Shown here one piece after another: positions 9,725-17,630 of a stretch of 64,000 nt of DNA; the first letter of the stretch is position 1, and every line of letters begins with the position of its first letter. The DNA is from Actinomycetota bacterium (lineage in GTDB: Bacteria > Actinomycetota > Thermoleophilia > Solirubrobacterales > 70-9). The stretch lies in assembly GCA_018268655.1 (NCBI GenBank), contig JAFDWC010000002.1:2022-66021 (forward strand). The letters run 5' to 3'. Under the pieces are notes generated by a model. The model did no database searches and was not told the origin of the DNA. It saw only the letters and a list, made by a program, of their open reading frames with translations. Position numbers and translations under genes: made by a program.

Positions 9725-10882
9725 TTGCGAATCGCTTCACGCGTTTCACGTCGACTGCTCTCACCGCTGATCGGCCCGGTGCCGCCGCCCTGGCCGGAGC
9801 ATGACGATGAGGTGCCGAGGGAGCTGCGCACCGGGATCGGGCTTCCCGTCGCAGCGTCCACGAGCCCGGAGCCGCTCCGCGAATACCGGGCGATGAGGCC
9901 GCGGGAAGAAGCCTGGCGGCGCGGCACCGAAGCTCGCATCCCTTCGTCCCTCCGGCGGCGGCTCGTCCTGCGCGCGCTCGACCTGCGCCTCGCGCGGCTC
10001 CGGTCCACTGCTCGCGAGATGTCACGGGCCGAGCCACGGCAGCGCGGCGCCGACCTGACCGCCGGCTCGGTTCGAGCGCGAGGCATCGCCGCCGGCCTTA
10101 GCGCCGTCAAGGTCGCCCGCTACGAAGCTCGTTGGCACTTCGCCGACGCCGAGGAGGACGCCGTCGGCGATCGCATCATCGTCGCCGCCGTCGAGCAGGA
10201 CTACGAGCGGATGCAGCGGGCCCCCGACGAGCAGTACCAGCTGACCGTCCGGCGCACCCTCACGCGCCTCCTCGAAGGTGCGATCGAGGTGGCCGGCGCG
10301 CTGCACGCCGCCGGCTACCGGGCAAAGATCTATGCCAGCGAGGGCGGGGCGATGACGATCCCCTACGCGGTGTCCGCGGGGCTCGGCCAGCTCGGCATGA
10401 ACGGGCAGCTGCTGACACCGCAGGCGGGCTCCCGGGCGCGGATGCTGCTGATCTCCACCGATGCACCCCTCTCGTTCGACCAACCCGTGGACTTCGGGAT
10501 CCCGGGTGTCTGCGACCGCTGCAGAATCTGCGCCCAGCGCTGCCCCGCCGGCGCGATCGCGGTCCGCCCCAGGGAGCACCGCGGCGTCGAGAAGTGGAAG
10601 ATCAAGACCGAGCGCTGCCTGCCGATGGTCGCCCAGGCCAACGGCTGCTCCGTCTGCATCAAGACCTGTCCGATCCAGCGCTACGGGCTCGAGCGGGTTC
10701 TCGCCACCTACCGCCAGAGCGGGCAGATCCTGCCGCAGCACGCCACGGATGTTGGTGACCTCGAGACCTACGAGTGGCCGCTCGACGGTCGCACCTACGC
10801 CGCTGGCTCGCGGCCCAAGCTCGACGCCGAGGTGCGCGAGCCGGCAGGCCTGCTGGCGGCGCGTCGCGCGGAAGGAAGGTAG
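9725..10882 (+). CDS. 4Fe-4S dicluster protein of the epoxyqueuosine-reductase/reductive-dehalogenase-like family
   Basis: Only the 3' third of the 951-aa ORF 8027..10882 looks coding. Two ferredoxin motifs: CDRCRICAQRCP and CSVCIKTCP. Start uncertain (TTG 9725, GTG about 9818, ATG 9893). Confidence 0.55.
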   Translation: MRIASRVSRRLLSPLIGPVPPPWPEHDDEVPRELRTGIGLPVAASTSPEPLREYRAMRPREEAWRRGTEARIPSSLRRRLVLRALDLRLARLRSTAREMSRAEPRQRGADLTAGSVRARGIAAGLSAVKVARYEARWHFADAEEDAVGDRIIVAAVEQDYERMQRAPDEQYQLTVRRTLTRLLEGAIEVAGALHAAGYRAKIYASEGGAMTIPYAVSAGLGQLGMNGQLLTPQAGSRARMLLISTDAPLSFDQPVDFGIPGVCDRCRICAQRCPAGAIAVRPREHRGVEKWKIKTERCLPMVAQANGCSVCIKTCPIQRYGLERVLATYRQSGQILPQHATDVGDLETYEWPLDGRTYAAGSRPKLDAEVREPAGLLAARRAEGR

Positions 10883-10891
10883 GGCCCGACC

Positions 10892-11257
10892 TCAGTGCTG
10901 GTGCGGGCCGTCGTGCTCGTGCGCCGCGAGGTGCGCCACCTCGGCGATCCGCTCGCTCAGCTCGTCGGGCCGCAGGACGCCGCGCTCGACCAGGAGGTGC
11001 TCGAGACCGAGGAGCCAGCGGTCGTAGTAGGACCAGTCCTCGTCGTCTCGGTCCGCCTCGGCTTCCCAGTCGGCGATCCGCGCGATCAGTTCGCCGCGGA
11101 ACTCCTCCCACTCGTAGACCTCGCCCGAGAGAAGGACCGCGATCGCGAACGCGCGGCTCTCCCATGGCGCGTCGAAGACCAGCTCGCCGTTCTTGCGCGG
11201 CAGCGCCGCCGGTCCGACCGCCTCCGCGATCAGCGGCTCGACCGAGTCAGCGGTCAC
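10892..11257 (-). CDS. nitrile hydratase accessory (activator) protein
   Basis: 121 aa. [22 protein letters not shown] matches the NHase accessory-protein signature. Its GTG start overlaps the alpha-subunit stop (GTGA). Confidence 0.8.
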   Translation of the reverse strand: MTADSVEPLIAEAVGPAALPRKNGELVFDAPWESRAFAIAVLLSGEVYEWEEFRGELIARIADWEAEADRDDEDWSYYDRWLLGLEHLLVERGVLRPDELSERIAEVAHLAAHEHDGPHQH

Positions 11258-11832
11258 GCCAGCACCGCGGTCCCGATCATCGAGTCGCGGGTGACCAGGG
11301 GTGCCAGTTCGTCCTCGGTCATCTCCTCGGTGCCCGGCGGCCGGCGCGGGATCACCATGTAGCGCACCTCGGAGCTGCTGTCCCAGACCCGCACCTCGAC
11401 GTCAGCCGGGAGCTCGGTACCGAACTCCGCCAGCACCGCCCGCGGCTCCCGCACCACCCGCGAACGGTAAGCAGGGTCCTTGTACCAGGAGGGCGGCAGG
11501 CCGAGCACACCCCACGGGTAACACGAGCAGAGCGTGCAGGCAACCATGTTGTGGACCTGCTCGGTGTTCTCGACCGCGACGACGGCCTCGGCGACGAACC
11601 CGCCGACCTCGAGCTCCGCCATCGCCGCGGTCGCGTCGTCGAGGAGCCTTGCCTTGAACTCCGGGTCGGTCCAGGCGCGGGCGACGACGCGGGCGCCCCG
11701 CATCGGGCCGATGTCGTGCTCGTAGGTGTCGACGATCTTGTCGATCGCCTCCTCGGTGATCAGCCCCTTCTCGATCAGCAGCGACTCGATCGCCTTGGTG
11801 CGAAGCTCGGGGAACTCGTCGTGCTGGCTCAT
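11254..11832 (-). CDS. nthA: nitrile hydratase alpha subunit, cobalt type
   Basis: [19 protein letters not shown]... The metal-binding claw [10 protein letters not shown] has Thr and Tyr at the positions diagnostic of Co-type enzymes. The ATG at 11832 overlaps the beta stop (ATGA). Confidence 0.9.
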   Translation of the reverse strand: MSQHDEFPELRTKAIESLLIEKGLITEEAIDKIVDTYEHDIGPMRGARVVARAWTDPEFKARLLDDATAAMAELEVGGFVAEAVVAVENTEQVHNMVACTLCSCYPWGVLGLPPSWYKDPAYRSRVVREPRAVLAEFGTELPADVEVRVWDSSSEVRYMVIPRRPPGTEEMTEDELAPLVTRDSMIGTAVLA

Positions 11833-12572
11833 GAGGACCTTTCTCCAGTTTGCTCGTCGGGCTCGATGTAGCTCTCCCAGGCGTCGACGCAGACGGTCGA
11901 GTGCGGTTCGGCATCGGGCCACAGGTCGGCGGCCCGCAAACGGACGGCATACGTGTGTTCGGGGATCTCCCGGTTATCGGCGACCATCGCGTCGGGCAGC
12001 GCCTGCGCCGCGTTGACGCGGGCGATCTCGCCCCTCTTGCCCTGCGCGTATCCGGGCAGCCGCGTGTGTTCGTCGCCCGGCCTCTCGATCGAGATCCGGC
12101 GCAGGCGGACGATGTCGCCGACCGCGAAGCGCGGCGGGGCCGGCACCTCCTTCACGACCGGACCCCCCTCCGCGATCAGCTGTTCGACCGCCCGGACGAA
12201 CTCGGGGTCCGAGTGTTCCGGGAGCTGATCGTCGGGGTTGGCGGCGAGGCGTTCCATGCGCGCCTCGATCTCCTCCCCGGTGAGGACGCCTTCCAGCCGC
12301 AGATTGCGCTCCAGCGTGTAGAGCCAGCGGTGGAAGTAGGGCAAGTCGACATAGGTGACGGGATGAAGCTCCTCCTGCCGCGCCCGCCAACGGTCGACCT
12401 GGACCAAACCGCGGAGCATCGTGGTCAGGGTGAGGCCGATCAGCGGCCCCTGCCAGCCCGAGAAAGGAGGCCCCTCCTCGATCACGATCGCGCCGTAGCC
12501 GCGGCGGCCGCCGACGTCATGCGAGCCGATCCGCTCGCCGCCCCCCTCCCGATCTGTCGCAGACGGCTGCAC
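11829..12572 (-). CDS. nthB: nitrile hydratase beta subunit
   Basis: [16 protein letters not shown] aligns to the canonical N-terminal MDGxHDxGG of NHase beta, and the C-terminal SH3-like part is present. There is no ATG/GTG at the canonical position, so the nearest in-frame GTG at 12572 was used. Confidence 0.75.
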   Translation of the reverse strand: MQPSATDREGGGERIGSHDVGGRRGYGAIVIEEGPPFSGWQGPLIGLTLTTMLRGLVQVDRWRARQEELHPVTYVDLPYFHRWLYTLERNLRLEGVLTGEEIEARMERLAANPDDQLPEHSDPEFVRAVEQLIAEGGPVVKEVPAPPRFAVGDIVRLRRISIERPGDEHTRLPGYAQGKRGEIARVNAAQALPDAMVADNREIPEHTYAVRLRAADLWPDAEPHSTVCVDAWESYIEPDEQTGERSS

Positions 12573-12709
12573 GTGCTCGCCAAGGGTACCGGCGGAGGGT
12601 CGGCAAAGCGATCGGTCGGCGCCGACACATCCAGGCTCGCAACTTGGCCGCTCCCACCGCACCACGTTGAGCCTCGACCGCGAGTCGGGCGGCGGGACCC
12701 CTGAGGCGG

Positions 12710-13395
12710 TCAGGAGATGAGCGCGTCGATCCTCTCTCGAACGAGGCGGGCCCGCTGCTCGCCGAGCGACCCGTACGGCGCCGTAGCGCCATCGACCGCA
12801 TAGTCGAAGTAGGACTCCGTCTGCAGCTCGGCGAGCTCGGCGTGGAGGTACTGGCGAAGCCGCGGCTCTGAGGCTTCAATTTCCGTGGTCAGCTCGGGGC
12901 GACCATCGAACAGCGTCAGGACGTCGTGGACGTCAAGGCTGCCTAACAGATCCCCGTTCCCTCGGCCTTTCCAGGCAGAGAGCTTGGTTGCAACGAGTAG
13001 GGGCGGAGTGGCGGCGCGAAGCTGTGAACCCGAAGCGAGGGAACGGTCGCAGCCTTCGAGATCACCTCCTCGTACCAAGGGTTGGAGAAGCCGAGGATGT
13101 CTGGGTTGGTCGGCATGACGTCGAGCACCAGCTTGGGTTCCGAGCTCCTCCAGCGACACAGGACCGGCTCGTCAGCTGCCTCTTGAAGCCCGCGTTCCCG
13201 CAATCGACCTCCCAGTCGGTAGTACTCGACGCGGCTCGCCACCTCGCAGACGACGTCGACGTCCTCAGTCGCGCGGACCGGCGGGGCTGCGGGATCGGTG
13301 ATCCACAGATAGATCGTCGCGCCGCCGACGAATACGACCTCCTCGAGGAGCGGACCGAGCACCGCGGAGGCGGCCTCCAATTGGAGCGCGCTCAT
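12710..13395 (-). pseudogene. minimal Pol-beta-type nucleotidyltransferase (AbiEii-like toxin candidate), interrupted by a 1-nt frameshift
   Basis: ORFs 12943..13395 and 12710..13159 are two halves of one protein: FVGGATIYLW...TEDVDVV NTase motif, then ...LRAATPPLLVATKLSAWKGRGNGD. The frames switch at the GGG run 13039-13041. Adding one C restores ...AATVPLASGSQLRAATPP... Confidence 0.6.
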
Positions 13396-13919
13396 TGGCT
13401 CATAACCACGGCGCGCCCGCGGAGCCTTCCCGAAAGAAGCGCTCCGGCCGCTCGCCGAATCCGAGCGTCGCCGCCCCTCAAGCTGTCGAGAATCGAAAGG
13501 GTCTCGCCCAGCTCCTGCCAGTACTCAACCGCCTCGGGTGCAGCGGCGTGCAGCGGCTCGAAGGCCTGGCCGCGCAAGCCTCCCGAGGCGTGTGGCCAGA
13601 CCGGGGGTGGCTCGTCAAGCGAAGAGTGGATCTCGCTCGCCATCGGCTCGGCCGCCCATGCCGCCGGGACCCCGGGCACCATCCGCCCCAAATCGCCTGG
13701 CGCGATGAAACGCAACGCATGGAGCGCGAACTCCTCGAAGTGAGGAAGGTTGACCTCGCGGCGCCCCGCCGAATAGAGATCGGCGGACCCGGCGCGCGCG
13801 AGCCCGCGCTGGACGACAGGGTGCGGCACTCCAAGGCGCTCGGCGAGGGAACGGTAGCTCCATTGCTCGTGCTGAGCGAGCAATCCACTCAGGACGTAGA
13901 TGTCGGCTTCCTTGATCAT
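13392..13919 (-). CDS. winged-HTH DNA-binding protein (AbiEi-like antitoxin/regulator candidate)
   Basis: MIKEADIYVLSGLLAQHEQWSYRSLAERLGVPHPVVQRGLARA is a wHTH. Its stop overlaps the NTase ATG (ATGA). ATG at 13919. Confidence 0.55.
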   Translation of the reverse strand: MIKEADIYVLSGLLAQHEQWSYRSLAERLGVPHPVVQRGLARAGSADLYSAGRREVNLPHFEEFALHALRFIAPGDLGRMVPGVPAAWAAEPMASEIHSSLDEPPPVWPHASGGLRGQAFEPLHAAAPEAVEYWQELGETLSILDSLRGGDARIRRAAGALLSGRLRGRAVVMSQ

Positions 13920-13928
13920 CCACGCTAG

Positions 13929-13954
13929 TGTATCTAGTATCGATACAAGATACA
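13929..13954. promoter_or_regulatory. 26-bp near-perfect palindromic operator upstream of the wHTH gene
   Basis: TGTATCT-A-GTATCGATAC-A-AGATACA: 24 of 26 positions self-complementary. It lies in an AT-rich patch 10 bp upstream of the ATG at 13919. Confidence 0.5.
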
Positions 13955-14005
13955 ACCGCTCCCTCTATTCGGCTTATGCGCGGCGCCGCCGAGATTTCAC
14001 CCGGC

Positions 14006-14500
14006 CTACGCCCGCTCGCCAATGAGGAGCTCGTCGATCTGGCCGAGGGCTTCGCGCATGCCCTGTTCCATCCCCATCTCGGCCAGCTGTTCCATCCCCT
14101 CGCGGCTGCCGAATTTGGACTCGATCGACATCTTCGTCGCGCCGTCGGCCTCGGTGATCGTCACCGTCGCTGTCGTCGTCGGCATCTCCTGGTTCGGCCT
14201 GCCCTCGTCGTCGGCGAAGCCGTCTTCGAAGCGCAGCCGCCGCGGCGGCTCGGCCTCCTCGACCCGCCACCAGCCGTGGAATTTCTGCCCCTCCGGGCTG
14301 GTCATGAAGTAGGCGACGCGGCCGCCGGGTGAGAGGTCGTGGTCGACGACGGTCGCCGGGTAGGACGGCGGGCCCCACCAGCGCTCGAGCTGCCGCGGGT
14401 CCGCCCACATCTCCCAGACTCGCTCTGCGCCGGCGTCGAACTCGGCGGTGATCGTCATCGTCAGGGCGTCGAGGTCCTTGTTCACGTCGGTGACGGGCAT
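14006..14500 (-). CDS. SRPBCC (Aha1/BPI-like, activator of Hsp90 ATPase homolog 1-like) domain protein
   Basis: MPVTDVNKDLDALTMTITAEFDAGAERVWEMWADPRQLERWWGPP is a typical SRPBCC/AHSA1 N-terminus. It forms the classic pairing with the upstream ArsR gene (1-nt TGATG overlap). Confidence 0.8.
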   Translation of the reverse strand: MPVTDVNKDLDALTMTITAEFDAGAERVWEMWADPRQLERWWGPPSYPATVVDHDLSPGGRVAYFMTSPEGQKFHGWWRVEEAEPPRRLRFEDGFADDEGRPNQEMPTTTATVTITEADGATKMSIESKFGSREGMEQLAEMGMEQGMREALGQIDELLIGERA

Positions 14501-14856
14501 CAGCTGTCTCCTTTGTCTTCGTCGAGGATGCGATCGAGTCGCTCGATCCGTCCGCGCCACTCGGACTCGAGCCGGTCGAGCGCCGCGTGGGCGCGTTCGA
14601 GAGCGGCGCTCTCAGCGCGCACGATCGACTCGCGCCCGACCCGGTGCTTGCTCACCAGTTCGGCCCGCTCCAGCACGGCGACGTGCTTCTGCACCGCCGC
14701 CAGGCTGATCGGGTACTCGCGGGCCAGGGCCGAGACCGAGAGCCGGCCCTCGTGGGCACGGCGGAGGATGTCGCGGCGGGTCGGGTCGGCCAGCGCCCCG
14801 AACAGCAGGTCGGTGGCTTCTTCCCCGTCGTCGCTCTTTCGTTTACCTACAACCAT
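14500..14856 (-). CDS. ArsR/SmtB family transcriptional regulator
   Basis: 118 aa from the ATG at 14856. LADPTRRDILRRAHEGRLSVSALAREYPISLAAVQKHVAVLERAELV is an ArsR wHTH. Confidence 0.85.
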   Translation of the reverse strand: MVVGKRKSDDGEEATDLLFGALADPTRRDILRRAHEGRLSVSALAREYPISLAAVQKHVAVLERAELVSKHRVGRESIVRAESAALERAHAALDRLESEWRGRIERLDRILDEDKGDS

Positions 14857-14868
14857 CTGGTTGTAGGT
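14845..14868. promoter_or_regulatory. perfect 10-4-10 palindrome (candidate ArsR operator) spanning the ArsR start codon
   Basis: ACCTACAACC-ATCT-GGTTGTAGGT. The ArsR ATG (14854-14856) sits at the dyad centre. Confidence 0.5.
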
Positions 14869-14927
14869 TAGCAACCTCGTCGCGGATAGGGTCGCCGGGG
14901 TGTCTGGCTCGTGACGAGGGGGTCGGG

Positions 14928-16238
14928 ATGTCGAAGGAGATGGGTTCGACGGAACGTAGGCGGCTGGCACCCCGGCGCGCCGCTGTGCTGACCTTGGCCG
15001 GCGCTGCCGTTGCGTTGGTGCTCGCCCTGGGCGCTCACCCCAGCGCGGCGAGCGCATGTACGTCCGGAACGAGCTGCACCGAATGCTCCACGACCTGCCA
15101 ATGGATCCAGGGCGAGGTGCGGGGGCCCGGGATCGACAACTCAGAGGTCGTGATGGTCTACGACGAGGCCGGGCACTGGGTGAGCCCGGCAAGCGCGAGC
15201 GGCAGCAACGGCTCGGGCTCCGGTCTCTATTACGACTACCAGGCGGGGCCACTGGTCCCCGGCAACTACTACGTGTGCGCGGGCCCGATCACCGAAGGAA
15301 ACTCGCAGGGCTACTACCCGCAATGCTGGAACGGCCAGACCCACGGCACGCCGTCCCTCGCCGGTGCGGCGGCGGTTTCCAGCCAGGAAGCCAGCGTGCC
15401 GTGGACGGCCGAAGGGGCGCCCGACTTCGAAATGCAGGCGGGAGGCGTCTTCGCGGGCACGGTCACCGACGCCGCGACCGGCCAGGTGCTCCCCGAAGAA
15501 GGATTCGCGACGGTGACGCTGCCCGGAGCCCCGCCGAAATGGGCCTGCGGCGCACAGGGCAAAACGCTCAGCTGCCCGTTCCAGTCCTACTCCGATCCGT
15601 CGACCGGCCATTACCAGCTGGGCGGAGGCGCCAGCATCCTCGCCCCCGGCGGCTACACGATCGAGTTCGCGGCACCCGGCTACGTGACCAAGGACGTCAC
15701 CGCCACGATCACGGCGGGGACGACGAGTGCGACTACGACGACGGTCAACGTCGCTCTGCAGCCGGCCGGATCCGGCGCTGGGACGGGCACCACGCCGACG
15801 CCCCCGACCCCGCCGCCGGCAGGCGGGGCCGGCCCGGGATCCGGCGGTCCTCAGGGCGTGTCGGCCGCGCAGCTTCTCGCCGCCCTGAAGCTGGGGATCG
15901 TCCCGTCCGGCAAAGGTGCGGCCATCGCCGCGCTGCTCCAAGCGGGTGGGTACGCGTCCACCTTCAAGGCGTTGACCGCGGGCGAGGCGACCGTGGCCTG
16001 GTACGGCGCGCCCGCCGGTGCGCTTGGCTCCGCGGCGAAGTCCCACGGGGTGCTCGTCGGCCACGGGAGCCTCGAGTTCGGCGCGGCCGGAGCGAAGCGG
16101 CTGCGGATCGCCCTGACGGCCGCCGGACGCAAGCTCCTGAAATCGAGCAAGCGGGTGAAGATCGAGATCAGCGCAACCTTCTCCCCGACCGGCGGCTCGG
16201 CGGTGAGCACCGCGCTCGCCTTCGTACTGAAGCGATAG
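14928..16238 (+). CDS. secreted hypothetical protein with Cys-rich N-terminus and carboxypeptidase-regulatory-like beta domains
   Basis: Tat/Sec-like signal RRRLAPRRAAVLTLAGAAVALVLALGAHPSAASA, then CTSGTSCTECSTTC. A GTVTDAATGQVL-type beta-sandwich segment and a Pro/Thr linker follow. GAGGGGG SD. Confidence 0.6.
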   Translation: MSKEMGSTERRRLAPRRAAVLTLAGAAVALVLALGAHPSAASACTSGTSCTECSTTCQWIQGEVRGPGIDNSEVVMVYDEAGHWVSPASASGSNGSGSGLYYDYQAGPLVPGNYYVCAGPITEGNSQGYYPQCWNGQTHGTPSLAGAAAVSSQEASVPWTAEGAPDFEMQAGGVFAGTVTDAATGQVLPEEGFATVTLPGAPPKWACGAQGKTLSCPFQSYSDPSTGHYQLGGGASILAPGGYTIEFAAPGYVTKDVTATITAGTTSATTTTVNVALQPAGSGAGTGTTPTPPTPPPAGGAGPGSGGPQGVSAAQLLAALKLGIVPSGKGAAIAALLQAGGYASTFKALTAGEATVAWYGAPAGALGSAAKSHGVLVGHGSLEFGAAGAKRLRIALTAAGRKLLKSSKRVKIEISATFSPTGGSAVSTALAFVLKR

Positions 16239-16268
16239 GCCCGGTTGCAAACCGCGGCGGACGGCGAG

Positions 16269-17090
16269 ATGATCGGCATCGCGATGAGAGGACTGCGGTC
16301 GCGATCGCATCGCTCGGATAGGAGGGTCGTCGGGATCGGCAGCTGCTGTCTCCTGGCGCTCGCCCTCGCGGTGCCGGCAGCCGTCGCCTCCACCCACAAG
16401 CCGCCGGAACGGCTCTACAGCGTCTCGCTCAGTGGCAGCGTGCGGGTGGAATGGTCGCTGACGACGGAAGGGCTCAACGATTCGGGACTGCCGCTCGGCT
16501 GTCTCGGCAGCGGCTCGGAAACCTTCAGCTTCGACGCCTCGGCCCAGCTCGGCGCGAAACCGACCCGAGGCCCCGTCACCTACTACGGCCGCAACTTCCC
16601 CCGCCTCTTCACCAGGGCCTCGTTCAGCTCCTTTGCCGCCGGCGGCTCGGTCCAGACCGCCGGCAGCTTCACACCGGAACCGGCGGGGTTCGAGACGCCG
16701 AGCGCGAGCGAATGCACCTATGTGCCAAAGCGAACCGAAGCGAACTGCTCCTTCGCCGAACGCGGCGAACTCGAACGCGGCAAGCTGTTCCAGCTCTCGC
16801 CCGAACTCAACGTCAACCCGACCGCGCCGCTGCAGCGCGGTAACGCGCTTTACATCTACGGCGGCAGTCCGGTGGAAGTCCGCTGCAACCCGTCGCTGGT
16901 CGAAGGGCTTCTCTTCGCCGAAGGGGACGGGTTCAAGACGAGCGTACGGGTGGGTTCCGTCCTTGCGCTGCGCAAAGGCAAAAGGGTGTCGGCCTCCGGT
17001 TCGGCGAGCGTGCCGCAGATCGGCTTCGACGGCAAGCAGGACGGCACCGAGACGGTCGCCTATTCGCTGCACATCAAGCGCGTCCGCTGA
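16269..17090 (+). CDS. secreted hypothetical protein
   Basis: Signal-like RRVVGIGSCCLLALALAVPAAVAS. No family recognised. Start ambiguous (16245 TTG, 16269 ATG, 16284 ATG). Confidence 0.45.
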   Translation: MIGIAMRGLRSRSHRSDRRVVGIGSCCLLALALAVPAAVASTHKPPERLYSVSLSGSVRVEWSLTTEGLNDSGLPLGCLGSGSETFSFDASAQLGAKPTRGPVTYYGRNFPRLFTRASFSSFAAGGSVQTAGSFTPEPAGFETPSASECTYVPKRTEANCSFAERGELERGKLFQLSPELNVNPTAPLQRGNALYIYGGSPVEVRCNPSLVEGLLFAEGDGFKTSVRVGSVLALRKGKRVSASGSASVPQIGFDGKQDGTETVAYSLHIKRVR

Positions 17091-17189
17091 GCGAGCCGGG
17101 CAAAGACACCCCCTAATCGCCCGCGACCGAGGCGACATGGCTGCCGCCTTCACCTGGCGCGGACGATCGGGGGGAGCACCTAAACCGCG

Positions 17190-17477
17190 CTAGCTGAGCG
17201 TTCGCTCGAGCTTCACCTCGCACATGTCGACCGATGCCCGGGTGCCGGGCGTCTCCGAGGAATCCATCGCACTGAACACGCGGGCGCCCTCCTCCATGTC
17301 CGCGGCGCTGTCGAAGTACTGAAGGACCACCGCGGTTCCCTGTCCGCCATCGGCGAGAATCGTGAGCCCGGTGGCGGGCACGTCCGGAGGCGGCCCGTCG
17401 GACTCCTCGATGCGAGCGAGAAGCTCCTGCATCCGCTCAGTCGATACGTCGGTGAACCTGACGGCTCGTACGTACAT
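17190..17477 (-). CDS. small hypothetical protein (95 aa, possibly ferredoxin-like/ABM fold)
   Basis: Only the last 95 codons of ORF 17190..17918 look coding (MYVRAVRFTDVSTERMQELLARIEE...). GAGGAGG SD lies before the ATG at 17477. Confidence 0.5.
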   Translation of the reverse strand: MYVRAVRFTDVSTERMQELLARIEESDGPPPDVPATGLTILADGGQGTAVVLQYFDSAADMEEGARVFSAMDSSETPGTRASVDMCEVKLERTLS

Positions 17478-17630
17478 GACGAAAGCCTCCTCGTATCTTG
17501 GGATACCGACCCTATCCCCCTGCGCTCCCGTTCGCCACCGGTATGAGGCAGCCCCCGCGATTCCGGCTGATCGCCGGGTTCGTGGATATGGATCCTTGCA
17601 AATCACAAGCTCTACTTTAAGATTGCAAGG

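Noticed and set aside
8027-10882. A 951-aa ORF spanning the whole MFS gene region and the Fe-S protein gene
   Set aside because: Its first roughly 560 codons run in an alternative frame of the clearly genuine DHA2 transporter (8190..9638) and translate to Arg/Pro/Ala-rich low-complexity sequence. Only the part after about 9725 is protein-like. Long spurious ORFs are expected at about 70% GC.
11254-11832. The nitrile hydratase alpha-like ORF as an NHLP-type RiPP precursor
   Set aside because: It is full length (192 aa) and retains the CTLCSC metal-binding claw. It is flanked by genuine beta and accessory genes, with no cyclodehydratase, radical-SAM enzyme or transporter nearby.
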